Shown one piece after another: positions 1 to 7,369 of a DNA stretch of 14,037 bases (positions are counted from its first letter, which is position 1; the number at the start of each line of letters is the position of its first letter). This DNA comes from Kofleriaceae bacterium (GTDB lineage: Bacteria > Myxococcota_A > Polyangia > Haliangiales > Haliangiaceae). The position numbers and the translations under genes were made by a program. Below the pieces are notes generated by a model. The model worked only from the letters and a program-made list of their open reading frames with translations. It made no database searches and was not told the DNA's origin. The stretch lies in the NCBI GenBank assembly GCA_046597055.1, contig JBKJLC010000003.1:1-14037 (forward strand), in the 5' to 3' direction.

Positions 1-43
1 CCGCGGGGAGCGAGGGCGACCCACCTCACCTCACACGGATGGG

Positions 44-62
44 TTGACGGCGCCCGCGTCAA
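44..62. promoter_or_regulatory. Dyad TTGACG-N7-CGTCAA, possible activator (enhancer-binding protein) site
   Basis: Perfect 6-bp inverted repeat (44-49 / 57-62) about 40 bp upstream of a sigma54-like motif. Function is inferred only. Confidence 0.3.
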
Positions 63-101
63 AGCAGCCGTCGCGCCCATGGGTTCTCGCGCTGTTGTGA
101 C

Positions 102-117
102 GGGCTCGGTGCTTGCA
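102..117 (+). promoter_or_regulatory. Putative sigma54 (-24/-12) promoter of the surface-protein gene
   Basis: GGGCTCGGTGCTTGCA versus consensus TGGCACG-N4-TTGCW. GG and GC have the correct spacing and TTGCA is intact. ATG follows at 131. Confidence 0.45.
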
Positions 118-130
118 CGCATGATGCCCC

Positions 131-3100
131 ATGGGCGTTCTGCTACGCAGGAAGACGAGACGGGATCTGTCGAAAGGTACGAGGGCAGGCAGCCGGAGGG
201 GGACCTTGCGCGGTGCGGCGATCCTGCTCTCGGTGGCCGGTGTCGTCGGCTGCGCCGGCGACGATGGCCCGGCGCTCGGCGCGGTGTCGCAGGCCATCGG
301 GCTGGCGCCGGTGAATCAGCTGCCGCCGCAACAGACCACCAACGAGGACAGTCCGCTGTTCTTCTCGGCGGTCGGGGGCAACGCGCTCTCGGTGTCCGAC
401 GGTGACAACGCGACGCTGACGGTGCAGATCAACGTCACCAACGGGACGTTCGTGCTCGGCCCCACCACGACCGGCCTGGCGGTGTCGGGCAACGGCACGT
501 TCAGCGTAACCTTGTCAGGATCAACGGGCGATCTCGTCCGTGGCCTCGATGGCGCCTACTACCGGCCGACCGCCGACTACAACGGACCAGCGACGCTGCA
601 GATGAACAGCAGCGACTCGAACGGCGAGAGCGATCTCGACATTCTTGCCATCACCGTCACCGCGTTCAACGACCCCCCGGTCAACATGGTGCCGACCACG
701 GTCGAGGCGGCGACCGAGGACGTGCCGCGGGCCTTCACCCTCTCGGTCAGCGACGTCGACGTCGCTGGCGCACCGCTGGTCATCTCGCTCACGGCCAGCA
801 ACGCCACCCTGATCACGCTACCGACGATCGCCGGGCTGACCTTCTCGTCCGGGGACGGCACCGCCGATGCCACGCTGACGTTCAGCGGCACGCTCCCGGA
901 CGTCAACGCCGCCCTCAACGGGCTGGTGATCACGCCGCCGCTCAACTACATCGGCGCGAGCACCCTCGTCATCACCAGCAACGATCAGGGTGCGACCGGC
1001 ACCGGGGTGGGCGCGCCCGGTTCCGACAACGACACGATCACCCTGGCCTGGGCGGCGGTCAACGATCCGCCGGTCAACAGCGTGCCGGCCACCCAGAGCA
1101 TCGCCGAGGACGCCACGCTGACGTTCAGCGCCGGCGCCGGCAACCTGCTGACCGTCACCGACGTCGACGCCAGCACGGCGCTGGTCCAGGTGACGCTCAC
1201 CGCGACCAACGGCACCGCGAGCCTCGGCAACCCGGCCAGCGTCACCTTCACCAGCGGCGACGGCAACGCCGATGCCACCATGACCTTCAGCGGCACGCTG
1301 TCCGCGCTGGGCTCGGCGCTGGCCGGGACGGTGTATACGCCGAACGCCAACTTCGCTGGCACCGGCACGCTGACGATGGTCTCGAACGACCTCGGCAACA
1401 GCGGCAGCGGCGGGGCCCGCATGGACACCGACGTGGTCACGATCAACGTCAGCGCCATCAACGACGCACCGGTCAACAGCGTCCCGGGCTCGCAGCTGAC
1501 CAACGAGGATGTCGCGCGGGTCTTCTCGACCGCGAACGGCAACGCCATCGCCATCACCGACGCCGACGCGTCGTCGGTCCAGGTCACGCTGACCGCCACC
1601 AACGGCACTGTGACGCTCGGCAGCAGGACCGGCCTGACCTTCCAGACCGGCGATGGCACCAGCGATGCGATCATGACCTTCGCCGGCACCGTGGCGTCGA
1701 TCAACGCCGGGCTCAACGGGACCAGCTTCGCCCCGCCGGCCAACTTCTCGGGCGCGGGCTCGCTGGTGGTCACGACCAGCGATCTGGGCGCCACCGGCGC
1801 CGGCGGCATCCTGACCGACACCGACACCATCGCGATCACGATCGCGCCGGTCAACGACCCGCCGACCGCGGCCAACGACGTCCTGACGGTCGCCGAGGAT
1901 GCCACGCCGACCACCGTCGCCGTCCTCGCCAACGATGGCATCGCACCTGACGTCGGCGAGTCGCTGATCGTCAGCGCGGTCGCCCAGCCGCTGCACGGCA
2001 CGACCTCGACCGATGGCAGCCAGGTGACCTACCAGCCGGTCGCCAACTACCACGGCCCCGACAGCTTCTCGTACACGATCGGTGATGGCTCCGGCGGGAC
2101 CGCCACCGGCGTCGTCTCCGTCACCGTCACCAGCGTCAATGACAATCCGACCGCGGCCGCCGACAGCTACTCGGTCATCTCCGATTCTCTCGAGAACTTC
2201 TTGGCCGTCCTCAGCAACGACGGCATCGAGCCCGACGTGGGCGAGACGCTCACGATCACCGCGGCCGGCCCGCCGGCCCACGGCACCGTGACGATCGTCA
2301 ACGGCGGCACCCGGGTGAACTACATCCCGACCGGAGGCTACAGCGGCGCGGATGCGTTCAACTACACGATCAGCGACGGCCGGGGCGGCACCGCGACGGC
2401 GACCGTCACGATCACAGTGGTCCTGGTGATCACGCAACCGGTGAACTCCTTGCCGGTGCCGCAGACCATCATCGAGGACAGCCCGCTGACCTTCTCGAGT
2501 GGTGCCGGCAACGCGATCACGGTATCCGATGCCAACAACACCGACATGACCGTGCAGGTGCTGGTCACGAATGGCACCTTCACGCTCAACCCCAGCGTCA
2601 CCGGCCTGGCCGTGGCGGGCAACGGGACCAGCACCGTGCAAGCGACCGGCGCCGTCACCCTGCTCAACAGCGCGCTCAACGGCGCCAGATATTCCCCCGC
2701 GCAGGACTTCCACGGCGCCGCCTCGCTGACGATCAACAGCAGCGCCGGCGGCGAGAGCGACCTCGATCGCCTGACGTTGGCGGTGACCTCGTCCAACGAC
2801 CCGCCGGTGATCTCGTTCCCGCTCGGGGCCCAGCCGGCGACCGAGGACTCGCCGCGCGCGTTCAGCAACATCTCGATCTCCGACGTCGACCTCAGCGGCG
2901 CCGAGCTGCTGGTCTCGCTCACCGTCGACAATGGCACCACGGTCTCGCTGGCGGCGACCGGCGGCCTGACCTTCTCGGCCGGCGACGGCACCGGCGACAC
3001 CACCATGAGCTTCGCCGGCACCCTGGCCAGCGTCAACGTCGCCCTCAATGGCCTCACGATCACCCCGCCGGCCAACTACATCGGTCCAAGCACGCTCAGA

Positions 3101-5977
3101 CTCACCAGCAACGACCAGGGCAGCACCGGCGCTGGCCTGGCTGGTTCGGACTCCGAGACGGTCAGCCTGAGCTGGTCGTCTGTCAACGACCCGCCGATCA
3201 ACGCCGTGCCCGGATCGCAGACCGCGAGCGAGGACGGCACCTTCGTCTTCACGTCGACCGCCGGCACCGCGCTGACCGTGAGCGATCTCGACGTCGCCGC
3301 CGCCACGATGCAGGTGACGCTGACCGCCACCAACGGCACGATGACGCTCGGCACCCCGAGCTCGGTGACGTTCACGGCCGGCGACGGCACGTCCGATGTG
3401 ACCATGACCTTCCGCGCCACCCTCACCCAGGTCAACCAGGCACTCGAGGGCACCAGCTTCCGCCCCAACCCGAACTTCGCCGGGACCGGCACCGTGACGA
3501 TGCTGTCGAACGATCTGGGCAACACCGGTGGCACCGCGCAGACCGACACCGACGTCATCACCGTCGGGATCGCACCGATCAACGATGCGCCGGTGATCGC
3601 GGTGCCGTCGCCGCTCACGACCAACGAGGACGTGACGCGCATCCTGTCCGTGGGCCAGGGCAACGCGGTGACGGTCACCGACGTCGACGCGACGGCCGTG
3701 CAGGTCACCCTCACCGGCTCGGCGGCGACCCTCACGCTGGCCAGCATCACCGGGCTCACCTTCCAGGCCGGCGACGGCAGCAACGACAGCACGATGACGT
3801 TCATCGGCACGCCGACCGCGGCCACCGCCGCGATGAACGGGATGAGCTTCATCCCCACCCCGCAATACATCGGCACCGGCAGCCTGCAGATCTACGTCAG
3901 CGACCTCGGCGCCACCGGCGCCGGTGGCCCGCTCACCGACCAGGACCAGGTCATGGTCACGATCGTCTCCGTCAACGACCCGCCCGATGCGGTCGCCGAC
4001 ACCGCCACCACCAGCGAGGACGCGCCGGCGATCACGATCAACGTGCTCGGCAACGACACCACGCTGCCCGACGTCGGCGAGTCCCTCACGATCACGGCGC
4101 TGGGCGCGCCGCTGCGCGGCACGGCGGTGCTCGTCAGCAACGGCACCCTGGTGAACTACACGCCGACCGCCAACTACCACGGGCCGGACAGCTTCACGTA
4201 CACCGTCACCGACGGCGTCGGCGGCATCGACACCGCGACCGTCTCGGTGACCGTCACCAGCGTCAACGATCTTCCCACCGCGGTCGACGACACCTTCACG
4301 GTGGGCGAGAACGCGCTCAACGCCCCCCTCGCGGTGCGCGCCAACGACACCGCCGCTCCCGACACCGGCGAGGTGCTGACCGTGACCGCGGTGACGACGC
4401 CGACCCATGGCACCGCGACCATCACCGGCGCCGGTGCCACGACCGCGGTCAGCTACACGCCGGCCGCCGGCTACAACGGCCCCGACAGCTTCCGCTACAC
4501 GCTGTCCGACGGCAACGGCGGGACCGCGACCGCCACCGTGTCGATCACGGTCACCTCGACCGACACCCAGCCGGTCGCGGTCAACGACACGCTCACCGTC
4601 ATGGAGGACGTCAGCGGCACCGTCGCGGTCGTCACCAACGACACCGGCCGGGGCGACGCACCGCTGACGGTCGCGATCACGACCCCGCCGGCCCACGGCA
4701 CCACCGTCGTGCTGCCTGATCTGCGGGTGACGTACACGCCCGCGGCCAACTACTTCGGCCCCGACCCGTTCTCGTACACGCTGACCGACGCCGATGGTGA
4801 CTTCGCGATCGGCATGGTCACGGTGACCGTCACGTCGGTCGATGACGTGGTGGTCGCGGTGGCCGACATGCTCACGGTGGTGGAGGACGAGGTAGCCGCG
4901 CTGCCGGTGCTCGCCAACGACACCGGGCTCGGTGACGGTGGGCTGACCGTCACGATCGTCACGGCGACGACCCACGGGACGCTGGCGGTCGCGCTCGACG
5001 GAACGATCACCTACACCCCGGCCGCCGGATACTTCGGGCCCGACACCCTCACCTACCGCGTCCGCGATGCGGATGGCGACCAGGCGATGGCGCTCGCCAC
5101 GCTCACGGTCACGCCGGTCAACGACCCGCCGCGTCCGGTCAGCGACCTGCTGTCAACGCGGACCGGGGAGGCGCGCACGATCGACGTCCGCACCAACGAT
5201 GTCGACCCCGACGGCGACACCCTCACGGTCACCGCCGTGACGGTCCCGCTGCACGGAACTGCCGCGATCGGTGGTGATGGCCTGGTCACGTACACCCCGA
5301 TGACGGGCTACACCGGTGCCGACGAGTTCAGCTACACCGTCAGCGATGGCAACGGCGGCACCGCCAGTGCGATCGTGATGGTCGGCGTCGGCCTCGATCG
5401 GGACGGCGACGGGTTGCTCGACGTCGACGAGCTCCTGGTTCACCTCACCGATCCCGACCAGCGCGACACCGATCAGGACCTGATCGACGACGGCGTCGAG
5501 ATCCGCGTCACCTTGACCAATCCGCTCGACGACGATGGCGACGACGACGGCCTTCTCGACGGCCACGAGGACACCAGCAAGAACGGTGCGCTCGACACCG
5601 GCGAGACCTCGCCGACGATCGCGGACACTGACCAGGACGGGCTCGGCGACGGCCTCGAGCGCGGGCGCGCGACCCCCGAGGGCACCGACACCGTGGCCGC
5701 GATGTTCGTCGCCGACGCCGACCCGACCACCACCACCGACCCGCGCCTGGTCGACACCGACGGCGGCGGCAAGGACGATGGCGCCGAGGACCGCAACGGC
5801 AACGGCCGCGTCGACGGCATCGAGGGCGATCCCAACGATCCGTCCGACGACGTGGCGGCCCCGCCTCCCGATGACGGCGGCGGCTGTCACGTGGCCGCCA
5901 GTCCGGCCGGCGCCAGCTGGCTGCTCGCCGCCCTCGGCATCATCGGCCTGGTCCGCCGCCGCCGCCGCGCCCGCTGA
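131..5977 (+). CDS. Large cell-surface adhesin-like protein: Ig/cadherin-like (tandem-95/Big_9-type) repeats, Asp-rich Ca-binding repeats, MYXO-CTERM-type sorting signal
   Basis: 1948-aa ORF. Basic N-terminus and hydrophobic stretch ending LLSVAGVVGC. Repeats bounded by VND(P/A)P..ED motifs, with YTPxxxYxGxDxFxYTxxDG motifs. DxDxDG repeats at ~5395-5850. C-terminus GGGC...WLLAALGIIGLVRRRRRAR. Exact start is uncertain. Confidence 0.92.
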   Translation: MGVLLRRKTRRDLSKGTRAGSRRGTLRGAAILLSVAGVVGCAGDDGPALGAVSQAIGLAPVNQLPPQQTTNEDSPLFFSAVGGNALSVSDGDNATLTVQINVTNGTFVLGPTTTGLAVSGNGTFSVTLSGSTGDLVRGLDGAYYRPTADYNGPATLQMNSSDSNGESDLDILAITVTAFNDPPVNMVPTTVEAATEDVPRAFTLSVSDVDVAGAPLVISLTASNATLITLPTIAGLTFSSGDGTADATLTFSGTLPDVNAALNGLVITPPLNYIGASTLVITSNDQGATGTGVGAPGSDNDTITLAWAAVNDPPVNSVPATQSIAEDATLTFSAGAGNLLTVTDVDASTALVQVTLTATNGTASLGNPASVTFTSGDGNADATMTFSGTLSALGSALAGTVYTPNANFAGTGTLTMVSNDLGNSGSGGARMDTDVVTINVSAINDAPVNSVPGSQLTNEDVARVFSTANGNAIAITDADASSVQVTLTATNGTVTLGSRTGLTFQTGDGTSDAIMTFAGTVASINAGLNGTSFAPPANFSGAGSLVVTTSDLGATGAGGILTDTDTIAITIAPVNDPPTAANDVLTVAEDATPTTVAVLANDGIAPDVGESLIVSAVAQPLHGTTSTDGSQVTYQPVANYHGPDSFSYTIGDGSGGTATGVVSVTVTSVNDNPTAAADSYSVISDSLENFLAVLSNDGIEPDVGETLTITAAGPPAHGTVTIVNGGTRVNYIPTGGYSGADAFNYTISDGRGGTATATVTITVVLVITQPVNSLPVPQTIIEDSPLTFSSGAGNAITVSDANNTDMTVQVLVTNGTFTLNPSVTGLAVAGNGTSTVQATGAVTLLNSALNGARYSPAQDFHGAASLTINSSAGGESDLDRLTLAVTSSNDPPVISFPLGAQPATEDSPRAFSNISISDVDLSGAELLVSLTVDNGTTVSLAATGGLTFSAGDGTGDTTMSFAGTLASVNVALNGLTITPPANYIGPSTLRLTSNDQGSTGAGLAGSDSETVSLSWSSVNDPPINAVPGSQTASEDGTFVFTSTAGTALTVSDLDVAAATMQVTLTATNGTMTLGTPSSVTFTAGDGTSDVTMTFRATLTQVNQALEGTSFRPNPNFAGTGTVTMLSNDLGNTGGTAQTDTDVITVGIAPINDAPVIAVPSPLTTNEDVTRILSVGQGNAVTVTDVDATAVQVTLTGSAATLTLASITGLTFQAGDGSNDSTMTFIGTPTAATAAMNGMSFIPTPQYIGTGSLQIYVSDLGATGAGGPLTDQDQVMVTIVSVNDPPDAVADTATTSEDAPAITINVLGNDTTLPDVGESLTITALGAPLRGTAVLVSNGTLVNYTPTANYHGPDSFTYTVTDGVGGIDTATVSVTVTSVNDLPTAVDDTFTVGENALNAPLAVRANDTAAPDTGEVLTVTAVTTPTHGTATITGAGATTAVSYTPAAGYNGPDSFRYTLSDGNGGTATATVSITVTSTDTQPVAVNDTLTVMEDVSGTVAVVTNDTGRGDAPLTVAITTPPAHGTTVVLPDLRVTYTPAANYFGPDPFSYTLTDADGDFAIGMVTVTVTSVDDVVVAVADMLTVVEDEVAALPVLANDTGLGDGGLTVTIVTATTHGTLAVALDGTITYTPAAGYFGPDTLTYRVRDADGDQAMALATLTVTPVNDPPRPVSDLLSTRTGEARTIDVRTNDVDPDGDTLTVTAVTVPLHGTAAIGGDGLVTYTPMTGYTGADEFSYTVSDGNGGTASAIVMVGVGLDRDGDGLLDVDELLVHLTDPDQRDTDQDLIDDGVEIRVTLTNPLDDDGDDDGLLDGHEDTSKNGALDTGETSPTIADTDQDGLGDGLERGRATPEGTDTVAAMFVADADPTTTTDPRLVDTDGGGKDDGAEDRNGNGRVDGIEGDPNDPSDDVAAPPPDDGGGCHVAASPAGASWLLAALGIIGLVRRRRRAR

Positions 5978-6034
5978 CGGGCGGCCTCGCACACGCGGCC
6001 GGCCGGTGAACGTCGTGCGCACCGGGCCGCCCGG

Positions 6035-6267
6035 TCACCGCGTGCGCTCGCCGGCCCGCCCCCTCACCGGGTGCGCTCGCCGGCCCGCCCGGTCACCGCG
6101 TGCGCTCCCCGGCCCGCCCCTCACCGCGTGCGCTCCCGGCCCGCCCCTCACCGCGTGCGCTCCCCGGCCCGCCCCCTCACCGGGTGCGCTCGCCGGCCCG
6201 CCCCTCACCGGGTGCGCTCCCGGCCCGCCCCTCACCGCGTGCGCTCCCCGGCCCGCCCGGTCACCGC
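6035..6267. repeat. Intergenic tandem repeat, 8 full units of 27-29 bp (TCACCGsGTGCGCTCsCCGGCCCGCCCC)
   Basis: Units start at 6035, 6064, 6093, 6121, 6148, 6177, 6205 and 6232, with a partial unit at 6261 and a degenerate partial at ~6014-6034. Length varies in the C-runs. There are no spacers. Confidence 0.95.
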
Positions 6268-6320
6268 AGCGCAGACCTCTCGATCGAACCCGTCTCCCCA
6301 TGCAATCGAGAGCGCTCCCC

Positions 6321-6366
6321 TTTCCCGGTGGCCCTGAGCCGGCGCCGAAGGCGCCGTGTCGAAGGG
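6321..6366 (+). repeat. REP-like palindromic element, copy A
   Basis: TTTCCCGGTGGCCCTGAGC-CGGCGCC GAA GGCGCCG-TGTCGAAGGG. Confidence 0.9.
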
Positions 6367-6410
6367 TAGACGCGCAGGTGGTGGCCGCGCTCCTCGATGG
6401 CGGGCTGCGG

Positions 6411-6459
6411 CCCTCCGACTTCGGGCTCGCAACGAGCCCTTCGCTCAGGGACACCGAAA
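6411..6459 (-). repeat. REP-like element, copy B (inverted partner of A)
   Basis: Minus strand reads TTTCGGTGTCCCTGAGC-GAA GGGCTCG TTG CGAGCCC GAA-GTCGGAGGG. Arms are conserved and the inner stem differs. Confidence 0.8.
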
Positions 6460-6616
6460 CATTGTGCTGGATGGGCAGCCGGCAGCCGGACGTGGTGCCA
6501 CAGGTGATGAGCGCCAGTAGCCCCGCCGGGCGCTCCGCACTGACCACTCGGTTCGCCACTGCGTCCGGTTTCCGGACGGATCAGGATCGTGATGACGGAG
6601 CTCCGGCGGCTTGCGC

Positions 6617-6632
6617 TGGCATGCGCCCTGCT
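6617..6632 (+). promoter_or_regulatory. Putative sigma54 (-24/-12) promoter of the GIY-YIG gene
   Basis: TGGCATGCGCCCTGCT matches TGGCACG-N4-TTGCW at 10 of 12 specified positions with correct GG/GC spacing. It ends 19 nt before ATG 6652. Confidence 0.5.
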
Positions 6633-6651
6633 CTGCAGGCGTCGCCCAGCC

Positions 6652-6972
6652 ATGAAGCCATTCCATGTCTACATGCTCCGGTGCTCGGACGGGTCGTACT
6701 ACGTCGGCCACACCGATGACCTGGAGACCCGACTGCGTCACCACCACGACGGTGCGGCTCCTGACAGCTACACCTCGACGCGCCGGCCGGTTGAGCTGGT
6801 GTTTGCGTGCGAGCACGCCACCCGCGTCGAGGCACTCGAACGCGAGCGACAGCTCAAGGGCTGGAGCCGGGCGAAGAAGGAAGCCCTGGAACGCGCCGAC
6901 TGGGCGCAGATCCGGACCCTCGCACGGCGGCGGGGACGTCCCCGCGATGTCGCCCGCGACGGAAGCAAGTGA
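6652..6972 (+). CDS. GIY-YIG nuclease family protein (UPF0213/YhbQ-like), 106 aa
   Basis: MKPFHVYMLRCSDGSYYVGHTDDLETRLRHH...YT..RRPVELV...EALERERQLKGWSRAKKEAL. It has the VY/YYVG pair, the conserved Arg and His, the catalytic Glu, and the typical 'KGWSRAKK' tail. Start 6652 is preferred over 6589. Confidence 0.92.
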   Translation: MKPFHVYMLRCSDGSYYVGHTDDLETRLRHHHDGAAPDSYTSTRRPVELVFACEHATRVEALERERQLKGWSRAKKEALERADWAQIRTLARRRGRPRDVARDGSK

Positions 6973-7020
6973 CTCTGCACGTGCGGATGGCGACGGCGGG
7001 TGCCCTGGAAAGGATCCTCA

Positions 7021-7064
7021 CCCTTCGACACGGCCCCTTCGGGGCCGGCTCAGGGCCACCGGAA
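7021..7064 (-). repeat. REP-like element, copy C
   Basis: Minus strand reads TTCCGGTGGCCCTGAGC-CGGCCCC GAA GGGGCCG-TGTCGAAGGG. Confidence 0.9.
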
Positions 7065-7080
7065 TTGAAGTTGACCTCCG

Positions 7081-7096
7081 GCGCAGGGCCACCGGG
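7081..7096 (-). repeat. Half copy of the REP-like element (5' arm only)
   Basis: GCGCAGGGCCACCGGG matches GCTCAGGGCCACCGGG at 15 of 16 positions. A weaker trace (GCTCGAGGGCCAC) lies at ~7102-7114. Confidence 0.6.
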
Positions 7097-7140
7097 CTCG
7101 CGCTCGAGGGCCACATCTCGATGTGGACGGCAGGTTTCCA

Positions 7141-7235
7141 TTTCCCGGTGGCCCTGAGCCGGCGCCGTCCTTCGACTCGGCCGTCGCTCCGCGCCGGTCC
7201 TCGCTCGGGATGCTCGGGCGCGCCGTGTCGAAGGG
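7141..7235 (+). repeat. REP-like element, copy D, with a ~50-bp insertion in its loop
   Basis: TTTCCCGGTGGCCCTGAGCCGGCGCCG [7168-7217] GCGCGCCGTGTCGAAGGG. Confidence 0.88.
7168..7217 (-). repeat. Nested REP-like element of a divergent subtype, inverted, inside copy D
   Basis: Minus strand reads CCGAGCATCCCGAGC-GAGGACCGGCGC GGA GCGACGGCCGA-GTCGAAGGA. It shares the CCyGAGC...GTCGAAGG arms. Confidence 0.7.
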
Positions 7236-7284
7236 CAGCTCTCGGGATTTAGTACAAGTCTTCATGTGATCGGAAGTGCTCACC

Positions 7285-7330
7285 TTTCCCGGTGGCCCTG
7301 AGCCGGCGCCGCAGGCGCCGTGTCGAAGGG
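7285..7330 (+). repeat. REP-like element, copy E
   Basis: Identical to copy A at 45 of 46 positions (loop GCA instead of GAA). Confidence 0.92.
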
Positions 7331-7369
7331 CAGAGCGCGAAGGTGCCGAACGTGATCTCCGACGGGCTG

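Noticed and set aside
818..4975. 1385-aa minus-strand ORF and other ORFs antisense to the adhesin
   Set aside because: Shadow ORFs caused by GC-rich codon bias of the real + strand gene. Arg/Gly/His-rich with no motifs.
5969..5982. GCCCG-CTGA-CGGGC hairpin at the adhesin stop as an intrinsic terminator
   Set aside because: Only a 5-bp stem, no U-tract, and expected by chance at this GC content.
6035..6267. CRISPR array interpretation of the 28-bp repeats
   Set aside because: Units are head-to-tail with no unique spacers, and there are no cas genes in the window.
6589..6651. Longer N-terminus for the GIY-YIG protein
   Set aside because: The family domain begins right after Met at 6652, and the extension overlaps the putative promoter.
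5535..6719. 394-aa + ORF and short ORFs crossing the tandem repeat
   Set aside because: Low-complexity Pro/Arg/Ala translation of repeats. Unit lengths of 27-29 bp do not preserve frame, and the ORF overlaps two real genes.
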